From assembly GCA_035508215.1 (NCBI GenBank), contig DATJNK010000012.1, positions 32,007 through 96,006 of the forward strand: a stretch of 64,000 nucleotides of DNA, read 5' to 3'. Positions 18,195 through 26,573 of this stretch are shown piece by piece. This stretch comes from Verrucomicrobiia bacterium (lineage in GTDB: Bacteria; Acidobacteriota; Terriglobia; Terriglobales; Acidobacteriaceae). How positions within the stretch are numbered: the first letter of the stretch is position 1; every line of letters starts with the position of its first letter. The translations under genes and the position numbers were made by a program. Below the pieces are notes generated by a model that saw only the letters and a list, made by a program, of their open reading frames with translations, was not told the DNA's origin and made no database searches.

Positions 18195-18671
18195 ATGTCT
18201 CCCATTCCCGACGATCTTTCCACCATCAAAGATGACATGATCGCCTTCATTGAAGGCCACGGCATGCGCCGGTTCCACGGCTTCGTCGATTACGAGGAAG
18301 TGCAGTGCATCATGTGGGAGATGGGCGACAACCCTGAAGGCTGGAAGGATTTCGTGGAACTCGCCAAGACTGCGGGTGCGCCTTTTCTGACCATGCACTC
18401 GTGGACCCTGGAGCGCGAAGAGCTCGATGAGCTGGTGCAGCGCCTGACGAGCTCGGAGTTCACAGACGGCGACGACGTCGAAGATGCTCGCTGGCTGCGC
18501 GCTCATGCCGGCAAAGTGGGATATCTGCAACTGGGATGGGCCTATCAGGGTTCGATGTTTCTGTGTGAGGTTTCCGCCGAGTGGTATGAACGCTACCAGC
18601 GTCTGCTCGAAGTCTCCGACGAATTTGGCGGAATCACCCTCGACGAACCCGATCAGGACGAAGAGAACTAG
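18195..18671 (+). CDS. hypothetical strongly acidic protein
   Basis: ORF 18171-18671, with a likely start at ATG 18195 (MSPIPDD). It is D/E-rich throughout and ends DEPDQDEEN. Its stop lies 2 nt before the recJ GTG start, which suggests translational coupling. I recognise no family. Confidence 0.5.
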   Translation: MSPIPDDLSTIKDDMIAFIEGHGMRRFHGFVDYEEVQCIMWEMGDNPEGWKDFVELAKTAGAPFLTMHSWTLEREELDELVQRLTSSEFTDGDDVEDARWLRAHAGKVGYLQLGWAYQGSMFLCEVSAEWYERYQRLLEVSDEFGGITLDEPDQDEEN

Positions 18672-18673
18672 CC

Positions 18674-20659
18674 GTGCGCTGGGATCTTCGTTGTGTGGAC
18701 GACGAACCGGTTCGCATCCTCGCCGCAACCCTTTTAGAGTTGCCTGCGCTCAAGGCGAAGCGTGGTTCTTCCCAGAACTCGCAGGAGGTGTGCTCGATTC
18801 TGGCCGGCCTCCTTCTGCGTCGCGGGATCTCGGACGCCGATTCAGCCGGGCATTTCCTGTCGCCTTCGCTTGCGCATCTTCATCCGCCGAGCCTGATGTC
18901 TGGCCTGCCCGCCGCCGTTGACCGCATTTCTGCCGCCATCGCGCGCCACGAGCCGATTCTCATCTACGGCGACTACGACGTGGACGGCACGATGGCTGTG
19001 ATCATCCTGAAAACGGCGATCGAGCTGTGTGGAGGCACCGCCAACTTTCACGTCCCTCACCGCATTCGTGAAGGCTACGACATGCGCGACGACGTGATCG
19101 AGCGAGCCGCGGCGGCGGGAATTCGGCTCATCATCAGCGTCGACATGGGCATTCGCGCCTTTGCTCCGGCTGAAACGGCGAAGCGCCTGCAAGTCGACCT
19201 GATCGTCACCGATCACCACTTGCCCGGCCCAGACGGCATACCCCCGGCTTTTGCGGTCGTGAATCCGAATCAGAATGGATGCGGCTATCCGTACAAGCAG
19301 CTCTGCGGCGCCGGCGTGGCGTTCAAAGTGGCGGAGGGGTTGATGCGGCGACATCTCGATGACAAAGACCAGAACAAGCTCCTGCTGTCGTTCATGAAGG
19401 TCGTTGCCATCGCTACCGTGGCCGATGCCGTGCCGCTCACGGGCGAGAATCGCGTCTTCGCTTCCCTGGGGCTCGACGCTCTACGGAGAGCGGTGAATCC
19501 GGGATTGAAGGCTCTGCTCGAGGTAGCGCAAGTTTCTCCCAACCGCCCGCCAACTTCAGTCGAGGTCGGATTCCGCATCGCGCCGCGCATCAATGCGGCC
19601 GGCCGCATGGATGTAGCTCGCGACGTGATCGAGTTGTTCAGCGTGAAAGAGCCGGAGCGCGCCAGGGAACTGGCGGCGAAGCTCGACCAGCTCAACACCG
19701 AGCGGCAAGAAGAGGAACGACGAATCCTGCGGGCGGTCGAGGAGCGCTTCTCCGGTGACCCGTCCTTGTGCGATGCCTACTGCATCGTCGTCGATGGCGA
19801 CGGCTGGCACCGCGGAGTCATTGGCATTACCGCGACGAGAATTGTCGAGCGTTATAACCGTCCGACGGTCGTGATTTCCCGGGAGGGGACAGAGGCCTTC
19901 GGATCGGGCCGATCGATTCGCGCTTTCCACCTGCTGGAGGCGATCGAATCCTGCAGCGCTTTGTTCTCGCGATACGGTGGCCATGGGCATGCTTGTGGAT
20001 TTGCCATGCCCGCGAAGAATGTCGAGTCTCTGCGGACGCAGCTTGACGCTTTTGCCCGAAAACGGCTCACCATCCAGGATTTTGACCCGGTTCTCGAAGT
20101 GGATGCGGAAGTCGACTTAACCGATGTGACTCCGGCGTTTTTTCAGGCGCTGAGCATGTTAGAGCCATACGGAGTCGGCAATCCCGAGCCCGTCTTTTCC
20201 GCCCACGGTGTTGAACTGATGGCGCCTCCGCGAATCCTGAAAGAAAAGCACGTGAAGCTGAAGCTTCGTGCGGGAAAGCGCGAAGCGAAATCGGCCGCCG
20301 CGGCGCCGGAGCAATCACCCGAGCTTTCCGCCGAGGCCATCCTGACGTCGCCCCGGTGCCATCCGGACGGGGCAGCGATCCGCCGCAGCGAGAAGACCGC
20401 AGCCGCAGCCGAGCGCGTGGCAGGGGATGCGCAAAGCGCAGCGGATCGCAAACCGGGATCGACGCTGCGGGTCACCTTTGATGCCCTGGCCTGGAACATG
20501 GCCGAGAGGCTGGACCAGACACCGCTGCTGGCGGGCGATCCGCTCGATATAGCCTTCACGATCGGTCACAACGACCATCCCGAATATGGTGGCCTGGAGC
20601 TCACGTTGCGGGATTTCCGCGTCCAAGAAACGCAGACAGAAGGAAAACGCAACCTCTAG
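18674..20659 (+). CDS. recJ: single-stranded-DNA-specific exonuclease RecJ
   Basis: DHH-family motifs ILIYGDYDVDGTMAV, SVDMG, LIVTDHH, and DHHA1-type GGHGHACG. 661 aa. Confidence 0.9.
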   Translation: MRWDLRCVDDEPVRILAATLLELPALKAKRGSSQNSQEVCSILAGLLLRRGISDADSAGHFLSPSLAHLHPPSLMSGLPAAVDRISAAIARHEPILIYGDYDVDGTMAVIILKTAIELCGGTANFHVPHRIREGYDMRDDVIERAAAAGIRLIISVDMGIRAFAPAETAKRLQVDLIVTDHHLPGPDGIPPAFAVVNPNQNGCGYPYKQLCGAGVAFKVAEGLMRRHLDDKDQNKLLLSFMKVVAIATVADAVPLTGENRVFASLGLDALRRAVNPGLKALLEVAQVSPNRPPTSVEVGFRIAPRINAAGRMDVARDVIELFSVKEPERARELAAKLDQLNTERQEEERRILRAVEERFSGDPSLCDAYCIVVDGDGWHRGVIGITATRIVERYNRPTVVISREGTEAFGSGRSIRAFHLLEAIESCSALFSRYGGHGHACGFAMPAKNVESLRTQLDAFARKRLTIQDFDPVLEVDAEVDLTDVTPAFFQALSMLEPYGVGNPEPVFSAHGVELMAPPRILKEKHVKLKLRAGKREAKSAAAAPEQSPELSAEAILTSPRCHPDGAAIRRSEKTAAAAERVAGDAQSAADRKPGSTLRVTFDALAWNMAERLDQTPLLAGDPLDIAFTIGHNDHPEYGGLELTLRDFRVQETQTEGKRNL

Positions 20660-20813
20660 ACGCAGCAGGTTCCGCAAATCGTGGCGGAGCCTGGCAAAAT
20701 ACGCGGCATGGCGGTTGCTTTTGGCGGCGCGAGCCTCCGCGCGTGGTGTGCGCGGTGTGGTCGAGAAACCTCTCGCGTCACCGGTACCGTCTTTCTTCGT
20801 CGAATCCCAGATG

Positions 20814-22331
20814 TCAGTCCGGCGGACTGGCAGGGATATTCGCGTAGAAAATGTCCTGTTGGCCGGCGCTGACCAGCTTCGTGTTTCCGAAGATAGCCGA
20901 GCCCTCGAAAGGTCCTGCCACGAAGACCTTGCCCGTGGCCGAATTCACTGCCACGCGCGCATCGTTTTCAAGATTGGAATCAGACCCACCCGGGGCCATC
21001 TTCGCCCAGTCGAGTGTCGAGCCGGTGAACTTCAGCACGAACAGATTGTTCGCCGCCGGGCCGTCGAGCGTGATGCCGCCGAAATCCACAGCGCCGGCGA
21101 ACTCCCCGGAGACGTAGAGATTCCCTTGTGCATCATAAGCCACACCGGTGCCGGCATCGGTCTGAGGACCTCCGATGCGGCTGGCGCTCTCGACCACTCC
21201 ATCGCGGTCATAGGTGACGAGGAATCCGTCGGTGGTATAGTCGCCGCCGCCAAGATTGACTGTCGTCCCCGGCGGTTGCGACGATACCAGCGTAACGGCG
21301 CGGCTGTCGCCCGAGTTGATGTTGGACATGAATCCTGTCAGCGTGACCTCGCCAGTCAGTGGATTCACCGCGACATCATTGGCGATGGCCTTCCAGCCGC
21401 CGACGTGATTGATCCACTCCGCGTCGCCGTGGCTGTTGAACTTGGCGACGAAACCGTCATCGGGATACGGATATCCACCCGGACCCGGGCTGTAGCCCTG
21501 CACCGATAAGCTGTGGCCGTTCCGGCTGGTGAAGGTGAGTCCGCCCTCGAACCATCCGACCAGATAGGCGTTGTTGTTGGAATCGATCGCCACTTTGTGG
21601 GCGATGGAGTTGCCCGAAGCCGCCGACTGCTCCAGCCACTGGCAGTTGCCGTGGCTGTCGTACTTCACCAGGTACGCATGCCATTCGCCATCGCCATTCG
21701 CCAGGGTGCAAGTGCGGCCATTGACCGAACTGAACCTCGTAGAGCCTTGGGCACGGCCAGTCATATAGACGACGCCCGAGGCTGGATTCACAGCCACTCC
21801 GAAACCCTCGTTATCACCGCCGCTGTCACCCTGCCCGGTCTCGACCCACAGCAGGTCGCCCGAAGCATCGTACTTGGCAAGGAACATGGAGTTGCCGTTC
21901 GTGTGTACGATCGTGTCCACGTGGTCAACCGATCCAAAGGTCACGTTGCCGGTGATCGAGCCTGAAACGTACACGTTTTCGTCGCCGTCGAATCCGATGT
22001 CAAACGCCTGGTCATAGTCACTACCGCCGATTTGGGCGACCCAGCCGAACGAGCCGTCGGATCTGAATTTCATCACGAACCCGTCAGCGTTGCCCGCCGA
22101 AGTCAGGATGCGGTTTCCGAATCGCACCCGCCCGGAAAAATAGCCGGCCACGTACTTGTTACTCTTGCGGTCCACCTTGATCACGCTTGCCGTGTCATCG
22201 CCGTTGCCGCCGAAGCTCAGTGCCTGTCCCCAGGGAGGTGCCTGAGCCGCGGCAGACGAGCCGGCGGAAAGAATCGCGAGAAGAGCAAGGGATAGACAAG
22301 AAGTGGGGAGGAAGCAGGTGCGAGTGCCCAT
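20814..22331 (-). CDS. secreted SBBP beta-propeller repeat protein
   Basis: Signal peptide (LSLALLAILSAGSSAAAQA). This is followed by about 9 repeats of the pattern G(G)..D.a..va.D..GN.YV.G.f.G...FG, typical of the SBBP repeat. Start set at ATG 22331, which has a GGAGGG RBS. Confidence 0.75.
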   Translation of the reverse strand: MGTRTCFLPTSCLSLALLAILSAGSSAAAQAPPWGQALSFGGNGDDTASVIKVDRKSNKYVAGYFSGRVRFGNRILTSAGNADGFVMKFRSDGSFGWVAQIGGSDYDQAFDIGFDGDENVYVSGSITGNVTFGSVDHVDTIVHTNGNSMFLAKYDASGDLLWVETGQGDSGGDNEGFGVAVNPASGVVYMTGRAQGSTRFSSVNGRTCTLANGDGEWHAYLVKYDSHGNCQWLEQSAASGNSIAHKVAIDSNNNAYLVGWFEGGLTFTSRNGHSLSVQGYSPGPGGYPYPDDGFVAKFNSHGDAEWINHVGGWKAIANDVAVNPLTGEVTLTGFMSNINSGDSRAVTLVSSQPPGTTVNLGGGDYTTDGFLVTYDRDGVVESASRIGGPQTDAGTGVAYDAQGNLYVSGEFAGAVDFGGITLDGPAANNLFVLKFTGSTLDWAKMAPGGSDSNLENDARVAVNSATGKVFVAGPFEGSAIFGNTKLVSAGQQDIFYANIPASPPD

Positions 22332-22434
22332 GGTGCCCTCCTGCAACACGATCGTTAGAGCGTGGTCCGGGCGATGATTATGGTTCCGGCCAGGAAGGCT
22401 GTCAATAGCGGGTTGGCCGGACGCTCACGCGGAG

Positions 22435-23226
22435 CTACCACAAATGATAGTAGCCGTCCCGCCGCGCCATATCGACGGTCACGCCGAACAGCGCCGAAAG
22501 ACGCTCGACCGTCAACATCTCCGCCTTCGCACCGTCGGCAACGATGCGTCCCTTGCTCAGCAGCACCACGCGGTCGATCTCCGGAACAATATCGGCCAGT
22601 TCGTGCGTAACCAGAATGATCGCCGTGCCGGAGCGGGCGAGAGTGCTCATGGTTTGGCGGACATTCTGCTGCGCCGTCAGGTCGAGCGAGTTGCAAGGCT
22701 CGTCGAACAGCAGAGCGCGTGGCCTGTGAACCAGCGCCCGCGCAATCAACACGCGCCGCGCCTCACCGGACGACATTTCAGCGACTGGACGGTCCGCAAG
22801 ATGGGAAATCTTCAATTCGGCGAGGGCAGCATCGGCGCGCTCTCGCTTTGGCCCATCCACCGTGTGATTGGGCCAGATGGCGGTGCTGCTGAAAAAGCCG
22901 GAGAGTACGACGTCACGCCCGCTGGCTTCGCCCGTGCAGGAAAGCATCAAATCGTTCGACACGATCCCGAGGCTTTCGCGGAGCTTGAACACGTCCCAGC
23001 TGTCCTCTCCCAGGATGGCGATCGAGGATTCCGCGCGCGCTACCGGATAGCATTCGCGGGTGATGGTTTTGATGAGAGTCGATTTGCCGCAGCCGTTTGG
23101 TCCGAGAATGGCCACGTGTTCGTCGGCTTCGATGCGCAGGCTGAAATCGTCCAGCGCAATCTTCTGTCCTCGCATCACGCGGAGATTCTGGAAGTCGAGA
23201 AGCGGCGGCGAGAGTTTCTTGTTCAT
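22435..23226 (-). CDS. ABC transporter ATP-binding protein (stand-alone, ModF/YlmA-like)
   Basis: Walker A GPNGCGKST, signature MSSGEARR, Walker B LLFDEP, H-loop VTHE. No permease gene is adjacent. Confidence 0.85.
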   Translation of the reverse strand: MNKKLSPPLLDFQNLRVMRGQKIALDDFSLRIEADEHVAILGPNGCGKSTLIKTITRECYPVARAESSIAILGEDSWDVFKLRESLGIVSNDLMLSCTGEASGRDVVLSGFFSSTAIWPNHTVDGPKRERADAALAELKISHLADRPVAEMSSGEARRVLIARALVHRPRALLFDEPCNSLDLTAQQNVRQTMSTLARSGTAIILVTHELADIVPEIDRVVLLSKGRIVADGAKAEMLTVERLSALFGVTVDMARRDGYYHLW

Positions 23227-23316
23227 CGCATCTGACGTTCAGTTGCCCGGAGGTGCCAGGACAGGGAACCGGGCGCCCGGTACTCCGTACTGGTTTTAGC
23301 TTACACTGAACTCGAG

Positions 23317-25713
23317 ATGCCCCTGCCGGTCTACCATCTTCGACGCCTGCTGGCTGCGACGGCCGTAGTGCTCACTGTCGTGGTTGCCGGCATGTATTTC
23401 TACGCCCGGATGCGGACCCGGAACGTGCTCAACGAAGTGCCCAGCAAGATCGGGTACGACATCAAGCAAACCGCCTCGGGCTTCCAGTTTTCCAAATCGG
23501 ACGGGAAACGCACGCTGTTCACGGTGCAAGCCAGCCATGTCAAGGAATTCAAGCTCAACGGTCTGGCCGAATTGCAGAATGTCAGCATCGTTCTCTACGG
23601 CCGCGACTCTTCGCGATACGACCGGATCTACGGCGACAGCTTCGCCTACGATCCCAAGACCGGCAATGTTACGGCAAAGGGAGGAGTGCAGATCGATCTG
23701 CTGGCCAATCCTGCCGGTCTTCTGAGTCCGGATCAATCGGCTCCAGCCGACCTCAAAAACTCAATCCATCTGAAGACGCGGGACCTGGTTTTCAACCGGG
23801 ACTCGGGAAACGCATGGACCGATGCTCGAGTCGAGTTTCAGACACCGCAGGCCAGTGGGTGGGCTGTCGGGGTGAAGTACGCGGGTAAAACCAACACATT
23901 GACGCTGGCGTCGCAGATTCACGTTGCCTTAAGCGGAGATGAAGCGGCGATCATTGACGCCGAACACGGCTCGGTCACCAACGATCCCCGGCAGATCGTG
24001 CTGGACCACCTTCATCTCGAACGCGAGGGGGGAAGCTTGGGCTCGGATCGGGCAGTGCTTTATCTCGATCAGGACAACGCGGTGAAACAGGCTATGGCGG
24101 TTGGCAACGTGGAAGTACAGGCCAAAACAAACGACCAGACTCGATCACAGGCGGCGAACACCTCGGAGATCCACGTCTACGCGCAGAAAGCGGACTTCGC
24201 CCTGCAGGCGCACAATCTATTACGGACCGCGACGTTGACAGGAGACGTTCACATTGAACAGTCTGGACCTCGTCCGATGCAGGGGCAGGCCGGACGACTG
24301 GTGCTCGACTTCGCAGGCCACAATCAGTTGCAGACGGTGCATGCGCTGGATGGTGCTCACCTTGCCGAGGCGAACGTCCAAGGGGCTAGCAGCTCAACAG
24401 CCAATTCTGCGACCCAGGATTTTGAACTCACCGCTCCGGGCATCGACTTTGTTGTGGCCGAGGGTCACAGGCTGGAACGAGCCGTCACCTCCGGGGCAGC
24501 CCGGATTATCCTGACCCCGGCAGAACGAGTGTCAGCAAATGCGGTCAAACCGGCTGCGCGCGCGGAACAGACGACGGTTGTGACCGCCGGGAGATTCGAA
24601 GCGAAGTTCACCATGGCCGACGGCCAGAATCATCTCTCCAGCATCTATGGCGCCCCCGATGCCCGCATCGTGAATTCGGCCTCGGGGCGGCAGGAACGGG
24701 TCAGCACCAGCGAATCCGTGGAAGCGCTATTCCTGCCGCAGGGGGGAATTGCGGCTATCACCCAGCGTGGAGACGTGGCCTACACCGATGGGCTGCCCTC
24801 CGACCGGCGAATGCAGGCTTGGGCCAGCAACGCCCACTACACCCCGGCGGACCAGGTTCTTGTGCTAACCGGCAATCCTCGGGTTGCCAGCGGCAGCATG
24901 GTGACGACTGCACGGGACATCCGCATCAACCGGGTGACCGGAGATGCGCTGGCCGCGGGCGACGTTAAGAGCACCTACACTGAGTTGAAAGAACAGCCCG
25001 ATGGTGCCTTGCTCGCCTCAGCCTCTCCCATTCATGTGACCTCCCATACCATGACAGCCCGCGATAACCCCGGCATAGCGCTTTACACGGGAAATGTGCG
25101 CCTCTGGCAGGATGCCAATGTGATCGAGGCGCCATCGATCCAGTTCGATCGGGAGCGGCGGTTCGTCACCGCGCAGGGAACACCGTCACAACCGGTAAAG
25201 ACCATCCTCGTTCCACCCGAAAACACGGCGAACGCGGTTTCAAAAAAGCCGGCAAACGAAGCCACTCTCGATACATCCAGTCCGATCACGATCACGGGAA
25301 ACCGCCTGACGTATGCCGATCCGGAACGAAAGGTGCATTACGAGGGCAACGTGGTCGCCAAGGGAGCGGATTTCACCGCCTCGGCCAAGACGCTCGACGC
25401 CTATCTGCGGTCGCGGAGTCAGACCCAAGCTTCTGGGAGCCAAGCGTCTGCCGGGCCAAGCCAACTGGACCGGATGGTCGCGGAGGGGGATGTGCTGGTC
25501 CGCCAGAATGCCCGCCGGGCGGAGGGGCAGAAACTGGTTTACACGGCAGCCGAGGAGAAGTTTGTCCTGACCGGCGGTCCGCCTAGCATTTTTGATGCCG
25601 AACGGGGCAAGATTACCGGGGTTTCGTTGACTTTCTTCAGACGCGATGATAGGGTGCTGGTAGAAGGCGAAGCAAGTACTCCTGTGGTAACTCAGACGCG
25701 AGTGGCCCAATAA
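23317..25713 (+). CDS. membrane-anchored LptC/LptA (OstA-like) multi-domain LPS-transport protein
   Basis: N-terminal TM anchor (LLAATAVVLTVVVAGMYFYA). After it come several OstA/LptA-like beta-jellyroll-type segments, for example HLKTRDLVFNRDSGNAWTD..VEF, ITGNRLTYADPERKVHYEGNV and AEGQKLVYTAAEEKFVLTGGP. The gene sits immediately upstream of lptB-rpoN-hpf, the position of lptC-lptA in other bacteria. Confidence 0.7.
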   Translation: MPLPVYHLRRLLAATAVVLTVVVAGMYFYARMRTRNVLNEVPSKIGYDIKQTASGFQFSKSDGKRTLFTVQASHVKEFKLNGLAELQNVSIVLYGRDSSRYDRIYGDSFAYDPKTGNVTAKGGVQIDLLANPAGLLSPDQSAPADLKNSIHLKTRDLVFNRDSGNAWTDARVEFQTPQASGWAVGVKYAGKTNTLTLASQIHVALSGDEAAIIDAEHGSVTNDPRQIVLDHLHLEREGGSLGSDRAVLYLDQDNAVKQAMAVGNVEVQAKTNDQTRSQAANTSEIHVYAQKADFALQAHNLLRTATLTGDVHIEQSGPRPMQGQAGRLVLDFAGHNQLQTVHALDGAHLAEANVQGASSSTANSATQDFELTAPGIDFVVAEGHRLERAVTSGAARIILTPAERVSANAVKPAARAEQTTVVTAGRFEAKFTMADGQNHLSSIYGAPDARIVNSASGRQERVSTSESVEALFLPQGGIAAITQRGDVAYTDGLPSDRRMQAWASNAHYTPADQVLVLTGNPRVASGSMVTTARDIRINRVTGDALAAGDVKSTYTELKEQPDGALLASASPIHVTSHTMTARDNPGIALYTGNVRLWQDANVIEAPSIQFDRERRFVTAQGTPSQPVKTILVPPENTANAVSKKPANEATLDTSSPITITGNRLTYADPERKVHYEGNVVAKGADFTASAKTLDAYLRSRSQTQASGSQASAGPSQLDRMVAEGDVLVRQNARRAEGQKLVYTAAEEKFVLTGGPPSIFDAERGKITGVSLTFFRRDDRVLVEGEASTPVVTQTRVAQ

Positions 25714-25725
25714 TTGGCAAGATAA

Positions 25726-26454
25726 ATGCGTACCCTGGCCACAGAAGAGATTGGCAAATCGTACCGTGGCCGGCGCGTGGTAAACGGAGTCAGCCTTACC
25801 GTCGACCAGGGTGAAGTCGTTGGATTACTTGGCCCGAATGGCGCTGGCAAGACCACCACTTTCTATGCCATCGTCGGCCTGATTCCGCCCGATACCGGCC
25901 GCGTGCTCTATGACGGCCAGAACATCACTGACGTTCCCATGTACCTCAGGGCCCGTCAATATGGCATTAGTTATCTCCCTCAAGAAGCTTCGGTCTTTCG
26001 CAAGTTAACCGTAGAAGAGAACATTCTCGCTGTGCTGGAAGCGCAGCCGATCTCCTGGCACGAACGCCGCGAGAAGATGGAGAGGTTCATTGACGAGCTC
26101 GGGCTGGAACACATCCGCCAGAACCGCGGATATGCCCTCTCGGGCGGAGAGCGGCGGCGCGTGGAGATTGCCCGCTGCCTATGCATTAATCCGACGTTCA
26201 TCCTGCTGGATGAGCCGTTTTCGGGGATCGACCCGATCGCAGTGCTCGACTTGCAGAAGATTATCAGCGGCTTGCGGGCGAGCGGCATCGGCGTGCTGAT
26301 CACCGATCACAACGTGCGTGAGACACTTTCCGTTACCGATCGGGCATACATCATCGACGAAGGCAGGATCTTCCGCCAGGGACAGCCTGGCCAGCTGGCG
26401 GGTGACCCGGATGTGCGCCGCGTGTACCTGGGCGAGAGTTTTTCGCTGGTTTAG
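25726..26454 (+). CDS. lptB: LPS export ABC transporter ATP-binding protein LptB
   Basis: Walker [10 protein letters not shown], signature [13 protein letters not shown], Walker [13 protein letters not shown]. 242 aa, in the conserved position upstream of rpoN. Confidence 0.9.
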   Translation: MRTLATEEIGKSYRGRRVVNGVSLTVDQGEVVGLLGPNGAGKTTTFYAIVGLIPPDTGRVLYDGQNITDVPMYLRARQYGISYLPQEASVFRKLTVEENILAVLEAQPISWHERREKMERFIDELGLEHIRQNRGYALSGGERRRVEIARCLCINPTFILLDEPFSGIDPIAVLDLQKIISGLRASGIGVLITDHNVRETLSVTDRAYIIDEGRIFRQGQPGQLAGDPDVRRVYLGESFSLV

Positions 26455-26465
26455 GCTTTTGGGAG

Positions 26466-26485
26466 GGCACGGCTCGAGCCGTGCC
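26466..26485 (+). terminator. perfect 20-bp palindrome after lptB (attenuator/terminator-like hairpin, no U-tract)
   Basis: GGCACGGCTCGAGCCGTGCC lies 12 nt after the lptB stop. The missing T-run makes terminator function uncertain. Confidence 0.3.
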
Positions 26486-26573
26486 GCCAGCGGGGTAATG
26501 AGAAGAGCGCCTATCGGCACTGAGGATTCGATCACAAGGCTGCTGCATTCGTGAAGCATTGAGATTTGGAAAC

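Noticed and set aside
23243-23258. Sigma-54-like promoter on the minus strand upstream of the ABC ATPase (TGGCAC-ctccg-GGCAA).
   Set aside because: The -24 hexamer is perfect, but the GC of the -12 element is one nucleotide too close (GG-N9-GC instead of GG-N10-GC). Spacing is normally invariant.
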